From: Hyphomicrobiaceae bacterium
Lineage (GTDB): Bacteria; Pseudomonadota; Alphaproteobacteria; Rhizobiales; Hyphomicrobiaceae
DNA: 64,000 bases
Assembly: GCA_025359185.1 (NCBI GenBank)
Contig: JANYHF010000106.1
Location: 4,795-68,794 of the forward strand
Reading direction: 5' to 3'
Part shown: piece by piece, positions 29,892-37,957 of the stretch
Layout of the letters: every line of letters starts with the position of its first letter
Numbering within the stretch: position 1 is the stretch's first letter
Position numbers and translations under genes: made by a program
Notes under the pieces: generated by a model
What the model was told of the DNA's origin: nothing
The model's database searches: none
What the model saw: the letters and a program-made list of their open reading frames with translations, nothing else

Positions 29892-30668
29892 ATGGATGGC
29901 CCCATGACCGAGCAAATCGACCTCACCGATGATGACTTGGACCTGCCCGGCGCACCTGCGACCGAGAGCAAAAAGGTGCTGTGCGTGGTCACCAATCAAA
30001 TGGTGTCGCGGCGCAATGCCGTCCCGCTCGAGTCGGTCCGGCCAAGCCTGGTCGACCGGATTGCGCGCGACCACCCCAACCTGCACGCCGACAGCTGGAT
30101 CGCCCGTGCTGAAGTCGGGCGTTACCGCACGCTCTATGTCGAAGAAATCCTACGCGCAGAACGCGGCGAGCTGTCGGAGCTTGACCGGCAGGTGGCAGAG
30201 AGTCTCACCAGTCATGAAACCATCGCTGAGGACGTCGAAGAAGAATATGACGAGGAACGCACCTTCGGCGAGCGACTCTCCGACCATCTCGCCTCATTCG
30301 GCGGTTCGTGGTGGTTCTTGATCAGCTTCGCGACATTTATCGTTGTCTGGATCATCGCCAATCTCATCCTCGGCGCAACACGCTCTTTCGACGTCTATCC
30401 GTTCATCCTGCTCAATCTGATGCTGTCATGCCTGGCCGCCATCCAGGCCCCGATCATCATGATGAGCCAGCAGCGCACGGAGGACAAAGACCGGCTGCGT
30501 TCCAAAAACGACTATCAGGTGAACCTGAAGGCGGAATTGGAAATCCGGCATTTGCACGAAAAATTCGATTACATGCTGACCAAGCAGTGGCAGCGGCTGG
30601 CCGAAATCCAGCAGATCCAGCTGGAGATCATGCAAGAGCTGGTGCCAAAGCGGAAAGCGGGGAAGTAA
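29892..30668 (+). CDS. DUF1003 domain-containing membrane protein
   Basis: GGSWWFLISFATFIVVWIIANL..., FDVYPFILLNLMLSCLAAIQAPIIMMSQQRTEDKDRLRSKNDYQVNLKAELEI is the characteristic DUF1003 core. Start may be Met5 (29904). Confidence 0.85.
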   Translation: MDGPMTEQIDLTDDDLDLPGAPATESKKVLCVVTNQMVSRRNAVPLESVRPSLVDRIARDHPNLHADSWIARAEVGRYRTLYVEEILRAERGELSELDRQVAESLTSHETIAEDVEEEYDEERTFGERLSDHLASFGGSWWFLISFATFIVVWIIANLILGATRSFDVYPFILLNLMLSCLAAIQAPIIMMSQQRTEDKDRLRSKNDYQVNLKAELEIRHLHEKFDYMLTKQWQRLAEIQQIQLEIMQELVPKRKAGK

Positions 30669-30686
30669 CCGTCTGAGCCATGGCCG

Positions 30687-32072
30687 TCACAAACACCGGC
30701 ACGCCGCCATGGTGCCTTCGTCGGCAGTGAAGACCGGTGCAAATCCGCCGCCAGGTGTGCGCATGTTCGTGGTCTGGCCTTGATACAGACGCGCCACCAG
30801 CAGTTGCACTTTGCCCGCGTAGGAATAGTTGCGGACATCAACCTTCATCATTTCGGTTGTACCATCCAACCGCACGCCGCGAGCGCTCGGGCGAACCAAC
30901 GCTTGCGCAATATACTCTCCCGCCAGGATATCGGCCCAGACGCGCTTGGTGATCTTATCGCCGCGATAGGCGGCCTTGCTTCCATAGCCACGGGCTGGCT
31001 TGAAGAACAGTTTTGCACGCGACTGCCATAGAGCATCCGCCCGGTCCACCGTCACCAATTCGCATGCCGCAATGCCTGTTTGCAGCACGTCGATTGTTGC
31101 GGGCGCGACGCCCCAAGACTGCAACTGCGCCGCATTGCCCAGCGCGATCAGATTGCGCTTGTCAGCATAGAGGGCATGGGCGCGCGGGTTCGGTGTGACG
31201 GCGACCATCCGGGCCAGATAGGCATCATGTAAGGCTTGGTGAGACGGCTCGGCCAACGCGAAATCGGTCAGCCGGTTGTAAACGAGATCGATCTTCTGCG
31301 AGCCATGCCATAAGGCGCCGTCGTGACACTGCAAACTGGCACCATCGGCAATCACGGCGATCAGGCCTTGCCGTTGCAGCAGCCGTTGGAACAGTTGAAA
31401 CTCGGGATAGAGAAACTGTACAGCCGGGTCGTCATCAACGATGGCAACGCTTCTGAGGGTCTCTGTGCGGCCCAGCAGACGCAACTCAGCACGGAAGGCG
31501 GCAAGGAACTGCTCGCAGAGGTCTGCGAGCGTTGGTGGCCGCGGCAGCGCGGTCTTGGCTGGAGCACAGCACGCCTTCTGGGCTTCGGCCAGATACGCAT
31601 TCAGTAGCGCGCCGCCCGCATTGGTGTTGATCTCGATCAGCTGCGGCCCATTCGGCCCCAGATGAAAATCATAACCCATGAAAACGCCAATGGGGCCGGG
31701 GTCAAACCGGGCAATCTCCGGCGCGTGGGAGAGTACCGTGTCGCGGTAACCGGGCAACCCGGCGACGGCCTCGATAGCGCTAATGATCTCCCGCATCCGC
31801 TTGGCGTGCCCCGCCGATAGGAACAACTGCTGACGCGACAGTAATCCAGGGTGCGTCCGCTGCAGATTGGCCGCGAAATCCCGATCGCCGATCTCGCGCG
31901 TGAACGCCTCTGCGAGCCCTGGCCCATCCAGTGTCCCGCAAAGGCAATCGGTGTTCAGCTGTTCAACGAGATATGGCATGGCGCTGAGCGGTCCTTGCGG
32001 GACTTGCATTACGATGCTTCGTGCTGGCACTGTGGCGGACCCTACCACATTGGCCTTTGGCGAAGAACACAT
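30687..32072 (-). CDS. ATP-grasp superfamily protein (glutathionylspermidine-synthase-like pre-ATP-grasp architecture), function unknown
   Basis: FMGYDFHLGPNGPQLIEINTNAGG and a C-terminal KPARGYGSKAAY..., VRNYSYAGKVQLLVARLYQGQTTNMRTPGGGFAPV resemble ATP-grasp ligases. Start uncertain (Met at 32072, 32009 or 31979). Confidence 0.65.
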   Translation of the reverse strand: MCSSPKANVVGSATVPARSIVMQVPQGPLSAMPYLVEQLNTDCLCGTLDGPGLAEAFTREIGDRDFAANLQRTHPGLLSRQQLFLSAGHAKRMREIISAIEAVAGLPGYRDTVLSHAPEIARFDPGPIGVFMGYDFHLGPNGPQLIEINTNAGGALLNAYLAEAQKACCAPAKTALPRPPTLADLCEQFLAAFRAELRLLGRTETLRSVAIVDDDPAVQFLYPEFQLFQRLLQRQGLIAVIADGASLQCHDGALWHGSQKIDLVYNRLTDFALAEPSHQALHDAYLARMVAVTPNPRAHALYADKRNLIALGNAAQLQSWGVAPATIDVLQTGIAACELVTVDRADALWQSRAKLFFKPARGYGSKAAYRGDKITKRVWADILAGEYIAQALVRPSARGVRLDGTTEMMKVDVRNYSYAGKVQLLVARLYQGQTTNMRTPGGGFAPVFTADEGTMAACRCL

Positions 32073-32685
32073 GACCTACACACTCTACAGCAGTTTAGGA
32101 TCTGGCGGCTTTGCCGTAGAGGCGGCGCTGGCCAAGGCGAGCGCGCCCTACACCTATATCGAAATCGACACCGCTAACCAGGCGCACAAGCAGCCGAAGT
32201 TCCTCAAGATCAACCCGATGGGCCAGGTGCCCGCCATGATGCTGCCAGACGGCACGCTGATGACCGAATCTGCTGCCATGGTCATACACCTCGCGCATCT
32301 GTTTCCCAAGGCAAGCCTCGCACCCAAGCCGGGCACGTCCGCACACGCCAAAGTCCTGCGCTGGATGCTGTTCATGGCGTGCAATCTCTATGAAGCGGAT
32401 CTGCGCTATTACTATCCTGCCCGCTACACCACCGATCCAGCGGGCGCCGATGCCGTCAAAGCTGCCGGGGCCGCCTATATGGACAAAAGTTTTCCCATCA
32501 TCGAAGCCGGGCTTGATCCCTATCTAGCGGGTAAGGATCTTGGCATCGCCGACGTATACCTCGCCATGCTGACAACCTGGGCCCCTCAGCCGCTGAAATC
32601 GGCGAAGTTCGCGGCGCTGCGGGCGGCGGTGGTGGCGGACAACGTGTATGGGCCGATCTGGCGGCGTCACGGAATGGTGACGTAG
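32071..32685 (+). CDS. glutathione S-transferase
   Basis: MTYTLYSSLGSGGFAVEAAL..., FLKINPMGQVPAMMLPDGTLMTESAAMVIHL (GST N-domain with the ES motif), and an alpha-helical C-domain. ATG 32071. The track ORF (31867) includes a non-homologous leader. Confidence 0.85.
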   Translation: MTYTLYSSLGSGGFAVEAALAKASAPYTYIEIDTANQAHKQPKFLKINPMGQVPAMMLPDGTLMTESAAMVIHLAHLFPKASLAPKPGTSAHAKVLRWMLFMACNLYEADLRYYYPARYTTDPAGADAVKAAGAAYMDKSFPIIEAGLDPYLAGKDLGIADVYLAMLTTWAPQPLKSAKFAALRAAVVADNVYGPIWRRHGMVT

Positions 32686-32855
32686 ACTGGCGATCAGTAC
32701 GGAGCCTTCAGCCTGGCGAACATCGGGAAATGCTTGACATAAAGGGTCGCGAGTAACGGCCTGAGTGCTCGAGCCGCTGAAATGGGCGGAGCTCGGAGCG
32801 GTTCGAGCGGCAGTTCGTCTCATCGTCGATGAAAAATGGCTTACGTTTGAGATGC

Positions 32856-32893
32856 AAAAAGAGGCTCCAAGCGGCGAGCGCTGGAGCCTCTTT
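32856..32893 (-). terminator. rho-independent terminator downstream of the HerA-like ATPase gene (bidirectional shape)
   Basis: AAAAA-GAGGCTCCA-(12 nt loop)-TGGAGCCTC-TTT. On the minus strand the 9-10 bp stem is followed by TTTTT, about 30 nt past the stop at 32923. Confidence 0.65.
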
Positions 32894-32922
32894 GGCAGAG
32901 ATGGCAAATGCCAGTGTCGCGA

Positions 32923-35187
32923 TCAGGTTTCGCGGCGGCGCAAGAGGCCGCCGAGGCCACCTGTGCGTTTCAGGAGGCCGCCACCGCTGGCGGGCGGCGC
33001 TGGTTCAGCGGCCGGACGACGCAAGAGACTGCCAGCCGGGCGCGGCGCAGCGGCTGCGGAGGCCGGAGCGTAGTTTTGCGGCGCCTGTTGTGCGTAAACA
33101 TCCGGAGCACCCTGCGTAAAGCCGGGCTGCTGCTGCTGGCCACCAAAGCCGTTCCCGAAATTCGGCTGTCCGCCTTGCGGGAACCCTTGCGGCTGCGGTT
33201 GCGCGAAGCCTTGCTGCTGCTGCGGCTCGTAGCCGTGTTGCGGCATACCTTGGCCGGCTTGCGCGAACGCCTGCGGTTGCTGCGGAGGCGCGTAGGCCTG
33301 CTGTTGCGGCGGCTGATAAGCTGGCGGAGCCTGAACGAACCCAGGCTGCCGCATCCCATTGCCTTGCGGCGCGCGCGACGGCTGCTGCTGATACACTGAA
33401 GCCTGAGCCGCCTGCTGCGCGGCGGCCTGCTGAGCGAAAGCCTGTTGCGACGAGGCGTGAGCCGCTGCGGTCTGCTGGGCTGCAATTTCGGCGTCGTTCA
33501 ACATGGCATCTTCGGCCAGCGATGCCGGGTTGCCCGTATGGCGCCAACGCTCGACAAGCGTGTTCAAGAACGCTTCATCGCCGAGATCGGTGTTCCACTT
33601 CTCCGTAAAGCGGGCGGTCGAGGAGCGCGGCATGGCGAATTTCGGTAGTTCATCGAATTTGATGCGTACCGGGAGGGTCATGCCGTCGCCAAATGCGATT
33701 GCTTCGCGCGACCCCAGGGCGGGCAGGAACTCCAGCAGTCCCGAGCCGGTATCGGCGATGGCCGATTGCACGATCTGCTGGTCGCGGTCGTTGGACATGC
33801 GCAAGGCAAACACCGTGTTGCACTGCGAGAGAATCGTCGGGTCGATTTCGGCCGGGCGCTGCGTGATGATGCACAAGGACGCGCCGTATTTGCGGCCTTC
33901 CTTGGCGATCCGGGCGATGGCGCGTTTGGCGGGCTCAAAGCCCGTATTGGCGTTGGCCGGAACGTATCTGTGCGCCTCTTCACACACCAGGGTTACGGGC
34001 ACATGGCCCTCGCCCCACAGCGCAAAGTCGAAGGTCATGCGGCAGAGCACCGAGACGACCACATTAACGATTTCGGTCGGCAGGCCCGTCAGTTCCAGGA
34101 TGCTGATCGGCTTGCCGTTAACCGGGATACGGAAGAAACGGCCAAGGATGGAGGCCATCGAGTCGTTAACGGTAAAGCCGCCAAACATGAAGCCGTAGCG
34201 CAGGTCCTGCGAGATGATATCGATACGTTGCTTGAGCCAACGGTACGGCGACAGATCGCGCTTGTTCTCAAGCATACCCATCTTGTCGTCGATCATGGCC
34301 AGCAGATCGGAGATGCGATAGGGAACGGGCGTATCGACCGTAAAGCGGTTGGCCATCACCAGAGCGCGCTTCAGCGCGACGCGATCATTCGAGTTGGATT
34401 TCTGGGCGTACTTGCTCTTGCAGAGCGGGATCAGTTCTTGCAGGATTTCAAGCTCGGTCTTGCGGTCCTGGGCGTTGCCGACCAGCACTTCGACGAGTTC
34501 GTCCCAGGTCAGCAGCCAATAGGGCAGATGCAGATTGTGCGGTGTGATGACCTCGGCGTATTCGCTGAACGAGGTCGAATATTCGTTGTGCGGATCGAGA
34601 AGGACGATGTGCGCCTTCGGGTTTTTTTCCAGAATGGCGCGGAAGATGAGCGCCGTCGTGCACGACTTGCCGGTGCCGGTGGTGCCCAGAATGGCAAAGT
34701 GCTTACCCAGCATTTCGTCCGTACGCACCATCGCTGGAATGCTCGAATCCTGACGAAGCGTGCCGACGCGAACAGCCGTATCGGCCGAGGCCGAAAACGC
34801 CTTCAACAGCTCTTCGCGCGAGGCCACGCGCACCCGGTCGCCCAGCGCCGGATAGGCCGTGACGCCGCGGTTGAAATTCTGTGTCCGCCCTTCCTTGTCC
34901 TTGGGCAATTCACCGACCAGACCCAATTCGGCGATCCAGACTTCGGGATCATCTTCCTTCTGGGCTGGCACCGGCACGCTGAGCGCCGATACGAGCCCGA
35001 GCACGACCGAATTGGCCGTCTCAATGCCCAGCAAAGTGCCCATTTCCGGCCGGTTCGCCAGGCTTTCCTTGTTGCGACGGTTGTCGTCAAGCAACACGAT
35101 GGCCTTGGAACCCGTCACCGAAACGATGCGCCCGATCGACCCATCGGTGCGATCACGCGACTGTTTGTCCGCTGAAGGAATGTACAC
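32923..35187 (-). CDS. HerA/DUF87-like P-loop ATPase with a long Gln/Pro/Ala-rich C-terminal tail
   Basis: HAS-barrel-like N-terminus (GSIGRIVSVTGSKAIVLLDD), Walker A ILGTTGTGKSCT, Walker B-like HIVLLDPHNEY, and later VTLVCEEAHRYVP and ASLCIITQRPAEI. The last ~186 aa are low complexity (QQ, PQ, AQ repeats). GTG start at 35185-35187. Confidence 0.85.
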   Translation of the reverse strand: MYIPSADKQSRDRTDGSIGRIVSVTGSKAIVLLDDNRRNKESLANRPEMGTLLGIETANSVVLGLVSALSVPVPAQKEDDPEVWIAELGLVGELPKDKEGRTQNFNRGVTAYPALGDRVRVASREELLKAFSASADTAVRVGTLRQDSSIPAMVRTDEMLGKHFAILGTTGTGKSCTTALIFRAILEKNPKAHIVLLDPHNEYSTSFSEYAEVITPHNLHLPYWLLTWDELVEVLVGNAQDRKTELEILQELIPLCKSKYAQKSNSNDRVALKRALVMANRFTVDTPVPYRISDLLAMIDDKMGMLENKRDLSPYRWLKQRIDIISQDLRYGFMFGGFTVNDSMASILGRFFRIPVNGKPISILELTGLPTEIVNVVVSVLCRMTFDFALWGEGHVPVTLVCEEAHRYVPANANTGFEPAKRAIARIAKEGRKYGASLCIITQRPAEIDPTILSQCNTVFALRMSNDRDQQIVQSAIADTGSGLLEFLPALGSREAIAFGDGMTLPVRIKFDELPKFAMPRSSTARFTEKWNTDLGDEAFLNTLVERWRHTGNPASLAEDAMLNDAEIAAQQTAAAHASSQQAFAQQAAAQQAAQASVYQQQPSRAPQGNGMRQPGFVQAPPAYQPPQQQAYAPPQQPQAFAQAGQGMPQHGYEPQQQQGFAQPQPQGFPQGGQPNFGNGFGGQQQQPGFTQGAPDVYAQQAPQNYAPASAAAAPRPAGSLLRRPAAEPAPPASGGGLLKRTGGLGGLLRRRET

Positions 35188-35214
35188 TGTCAGTTGCCCC
35201 CGAATAGGATTCCG

Positions 35215-36111
35215 CTAGACGCCTGGCTGTAATGAGCCGCGCGCCATATCCCCCAAAATTGACTGGTCACTCGCTCGATGCGCGTCAGCTGGAGGCAACA
35301 GCAAAGTGACCTCCGTGCCTTCGCCCTTGACGCTCTTTATGCTGAGAGAGCCGCCGTGCAGCTCCACCAGCGCCTTGGCGATCGGCAGCCCAAGCCCGGT
35401 GCCTTCGCGCATCCGCGAGCGGCCGCCATCGACCTGGCCAAATGGCAGCATGGCCACCAGCATGTCTTCTTGGGTCATGCCGACGCCGGTATCGCGCACG
35501 CTGATGCGCACCTGGCCATCGCGGTCGGCAACGGCGCGCAAGGTGACACGGCCCGCTTCCGGCGTGAATTTGATGGCGTTGCTGAGGAGATTCATGATGA
35601 TCTGCTTCAGCTTCACCGGGTCACCTTTGATCACCGGGAGATCGTGCGAAATATCCTGAATCAGCGTGACTTTGGCATCCAGCGCGGCGACTTTGAAGAA
35701 AGAGAGGCACGAACCCAGCACTTCGTCGGCGTGGAGTTCGTGCATGTCGAGGGTGAACTTGCCGGCCTGGATTTTGGAGATTTCGAGAATGTCGTTAATG
35801 GTCGCCAGGAGATGCTTAGCGGCCTCCTGAATGAGGCCCGAATACTCCGCGATGCTTTCATTGGTTAACGCGCGTTTTTCATGCTCGCCGATCAGCCGCG
35901 AAAACCCGATAATCGTGTTGAGGGGCGTCCTCAACTCGTGGCTCATATTGGCGATGAATTCGCTTTTCAGCTTGTTGGCGAGTTCCGCCTCAACCCGGGC
36001 TGATTTCTCGGCAATCTTGGCCCGGTGGCGTAGGATCGCGTCGCCGAGCAGGTTCGAATACTCGCTCAAAAGCGACGTCGACCGGTTCTGTGAAAAAGCG
36101 TGTCCGAGCAT
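35215..36111 (-). CDS. soluble sensor histidine kinase (HisKA + HATPase_c, no recognisable input domain)
   Basis: H-box FIANMSHELRTPLNTIIGFSRLI, N-box LLSNAIKFTP, G-boxes VRDTGVGM and GTGLGLPIAKALVELHGG. ATG 36109-36111 is preceded by AGGA. No TM segment and no adjacent response regulator. Confidence 0.85.
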   Translation of the reverse strand: MLGHAFSQNRSTSLLSEYSNLLGDAILRHRAKIAEKSARVEAELANKLKSEFIANMSHELRTPLNTIIGFSRLIGEHEKRALTNESIAEYSGLIQEAAKHLLATINDILEISKIQAGKFTLDMHELHADEVLGSCLSFFKVAALDAKVTLIQDISHDLPVIKGDPVKLKQIIMNLLSNAIKFTPEAGRVTLRAVADRDGQVRISVRDTGVGMTQEDMLVAMLPFGQVDGGRSRMREGTGLGLPIAKALVELHGGSLSIKSVKGEGTEVTLLLPPADAHRASDQSILGDMARGSLQPGV

Positions 36112-36294
36112 GTTCGTCCTGGCTTGCTTCTGTGATCGAAAATCGATCCTAGCGGCCGATCCATAAGACGCCGTTAAACGCGGCGGAACACGACTCGAGG
36201 CGGGTACGCTTCTACTCATGACGGTCATTGGTAAACGAAGCGTTTACTATGCTGCGGCATCCTCGCGTGACAGGGTTCGGACAAGGAGGTTCCG

Positions 36295-37188
36295 GTGCGT
36301 TTGCTGATTACGGGCTGGCAGGGGCAGCTGGCAAAGTCGCTTACAGAGGCGGCAGCGCGGAGGCCGGAAATCACAGCGCTCAGCATCGGGCGGCCGGCGT
36401 TGGACCTGTGCGCGCGCCCGTCAATCTTGCGCACCCTAACCGACAATGCGCCAGATTTGATAGTGAATACAGCAGCTTACACCGCTGTTGACAAGGCCGA
36501 GAGCGAGCCGGAGGCCGCCTTTGCCCTCAACCGCGATGGTGCCGGATTGCTGGCCGAAGCGGCGGCGGCGCGCGGCATCCCGATCATCCACGTCTCGACC
36601 GACTACGTTTACGACGGCCGGAAAGCCACACCGTATACAGAAGATGATGCGACCCACCCACTCAATGTCTATGGCGCCTCCAAACTGGCCGGTGAAGCGG
36701 CGGTTGCATCAGCAAATCCGCACCATATCATCCTGCGCACGGCCTGGGTGCACAGCCCGTTCGGGGTCAATTTCGTGAAGACGATGCTGCGGCTGGCCGC
36801 GACCCGGCCGCGCCTGAACGTGGTCGCTGACCAGCTTGGCAACCCCACCTACGCGCCGCATCTGGCCGCTGCTATCGTCGATATTGCTGTGCAGCTGAAA
36901 GGGCTGAAAGCGGGTGCCACGCCGTGGGGCATTTATCACGCTGCCGGCAGTGGCGAAACCAGCTGGCACGGGCTTGCCGCCGCGGTTTTCGAGCGTTCGC
37001 GCGCCCTGGGCGGCCCCCTCGCCGAGGCCGATCCGATCCCTGCTGCTGACTACCCCACGCCCACCGCCCGTCCGGCCAATTCGCGCCTCGACGGGGCCAA
37101 ATTGGCGGCTGTTTTCGGCCTTCGCCTGCCGCCCTGGCAGGAGGGTGCAGCCGAGTGCGTCGCAAGACTTCTGCAACCATCAAACTGA
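36295..37188 (+). CDS. rfbD: dTDP-4-dehydrorhamnose reductase
   Basis: GTG 36295 lies 5 nt after AAGGAGG. (M)RLLITGWQGQLAKSL, NTAAYTAVDKAE, VSTDYVYDG, YGASKLAGE match RmlD/RfbD. No rfbA/B/C in the window. Confidence 0.88.
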   Translation: MRLLITGWQGQLAKSLTEAAARRPEITALSIGRPALDLCARPSILRTLTDNAPDLIVNTAAYTAVDKAESEPEAAFALNRDGAGLLAEAAAARGIPIIHVSTDYVYDGRKATPYTEDDATHPLNVYGASKLAGEAAVASANPHHIILRTAWVHSPFGVNFVKTMLRLAATRPRLNVVADQLGNPTYAPHLAAAIVDIAVQLKGLKAGATPWGIYHAAGSGETSWHGLAAAVFERSRALGGPLAEADPIPAADYPTPTARPANSRLDGAKLAAVFGLRLPPWQEGAAECVARLLQPSN

Positions 37189-37197
37189 GGTTTTGCC

Positions 37198-37536
37198 ATG
37201 GACCTTGAGGCCTGGCCGCCGCCTGGCGTCACTCTTGCTTACCCCGAGGTCAGTGACATGACCCCGGAGGACGACGGCATGGCGTTTGACGAACGTTTTG
37301 GTGACCGCAAGGCGCCGCAAGGTGGCCTCGGAGGCAATTCCAAACTGCTCGATTGCTGGAAGCCGTCGGACCGGCGCAGGCTCGGACATCTGTCCTTCAA
37401 AGCCTTTGACAACTCATCGATTAACTGTCCGACCGACCTGTGGACATACCAGCGCTTGTTCATCGAGCAGCGCCGTGACGAGGGCAATCTTTGGTCCGGC
37501 ACAGCTATGCAATCCAAGCAGATTGTCGAGGTTTGA
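37198..37536 (+). CDS. hypothetical protein (weak call)
   Basis: 112-aa ORF starting 10 nt after the rfbD stop. Plus-strand codon usage is more gene-like than the overlapping minus ORF 37239..37730. No family recognised. Confidence 0.3.
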   Translation: MDLEAWPPPGVTLAYPEVSDMTPEDDGMAFDERFGDRKAPQGGLGGNSKLLDCWKPSDRRRLGHLSFKAFDNSSINCPTDLWTYQRLFIEQRRDEGNLWSGTAMQSKQIVEV

Positions 37537-37582
37537 TCTGGCGAGCCACGCGATGCTCGCATAGTTGCGCGCACGTCTAAGA

Positions 37583-37657
37583 GCGCGAAAGCGTGTTCAT
37601 TCCGGTTCATCCAGTGATCATTCCGAGCGATCCAGTGATCATTCCGCGTACTTTCGC
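37583..37657. repeat. phased direct repeats: TCATTCCG x3 at exact 21-bp spacing (two copies extended to 17 bp ATCCAGTGATCATTCCG), bracketed by the 8-bp inverted repeat CGCGAAAG/CTTTCGCG
   Basis: Read directly. TCATTCCG at 37596-37603, 37617-37624 and 37638-37645. 17-mers at 37608-37624 and 37629-37645. Bracketing inverted repeat at 37583-37590 and 37650-37657. Confidence 0.8.
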
Positions 37658-37709
37658 GGACTTTGCGCATCATGCCCCCGAACAAAGACCTCAACCTGTC
37701 CTCCCCGTC

Positions 37710-37788
37710 GTCCCGGATGCGCTGCAGCATCCTTCATGGTCGTGTCTGCATCGCAACGATGAAGGATCGTTGCGCCGCACGGGATGAC
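37710..37788. repeat. REP/MITE-like palindromic element (GTCCCGGAT...CGGGATGAC family)
   Basis: GTCCCGGATGCGCTGCAGCATCCTTCATGG...ACGATGAAGGATCGTTGCGCCGCACGGGATGAC. It shares ends and the TGCAGC..CCTTCATG core with the copies at 47105, 47211, 50131, 55019 and 55110. Confidence 0.7.
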
Positions 37789-37957
37789 AAGTCTCCAATT
37801 TTGCTTGCGCGCATCACCGGGTTGTAACAGCCGCTTGACGCGGACCTCTCGGGCACCTCACGCGAAGTTGTGGCACGCCAAGTGAGACGTGTTGCGACTT
37901 TTTCCGTAGGCTCCCCCATATGCTTCTCATCGCAGCCAGAGCAGCCCGGGGAACACC

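Noticed and set aside
33766-35175. 469-aa plus-strand ORF
   Set aside because: Antisense to the HerA-like ATPase gene, which has Walker motifs. Shadow ORF.
32923-35187. HerA-like ATPase as part of a known anti-phage system (Sir2-HerA, DUF4297-HerA) or NurA-HerA repair pair
   Set aside because: No Sir2, DUF4297, NurA or other nuclease gene is adjacent. The only operon partner is a histidine kinase. It is reported as an open question instead.
37239-37730. 163-aa minus-strand ORF containing NDHWIARNDHWMNRNEH
   Set aside because: The repeat in the peptide is just the translation of the phased DNA repeat. Codon usage (AGG, TTG, TCT) is atypical for this genome, and there is no SD.
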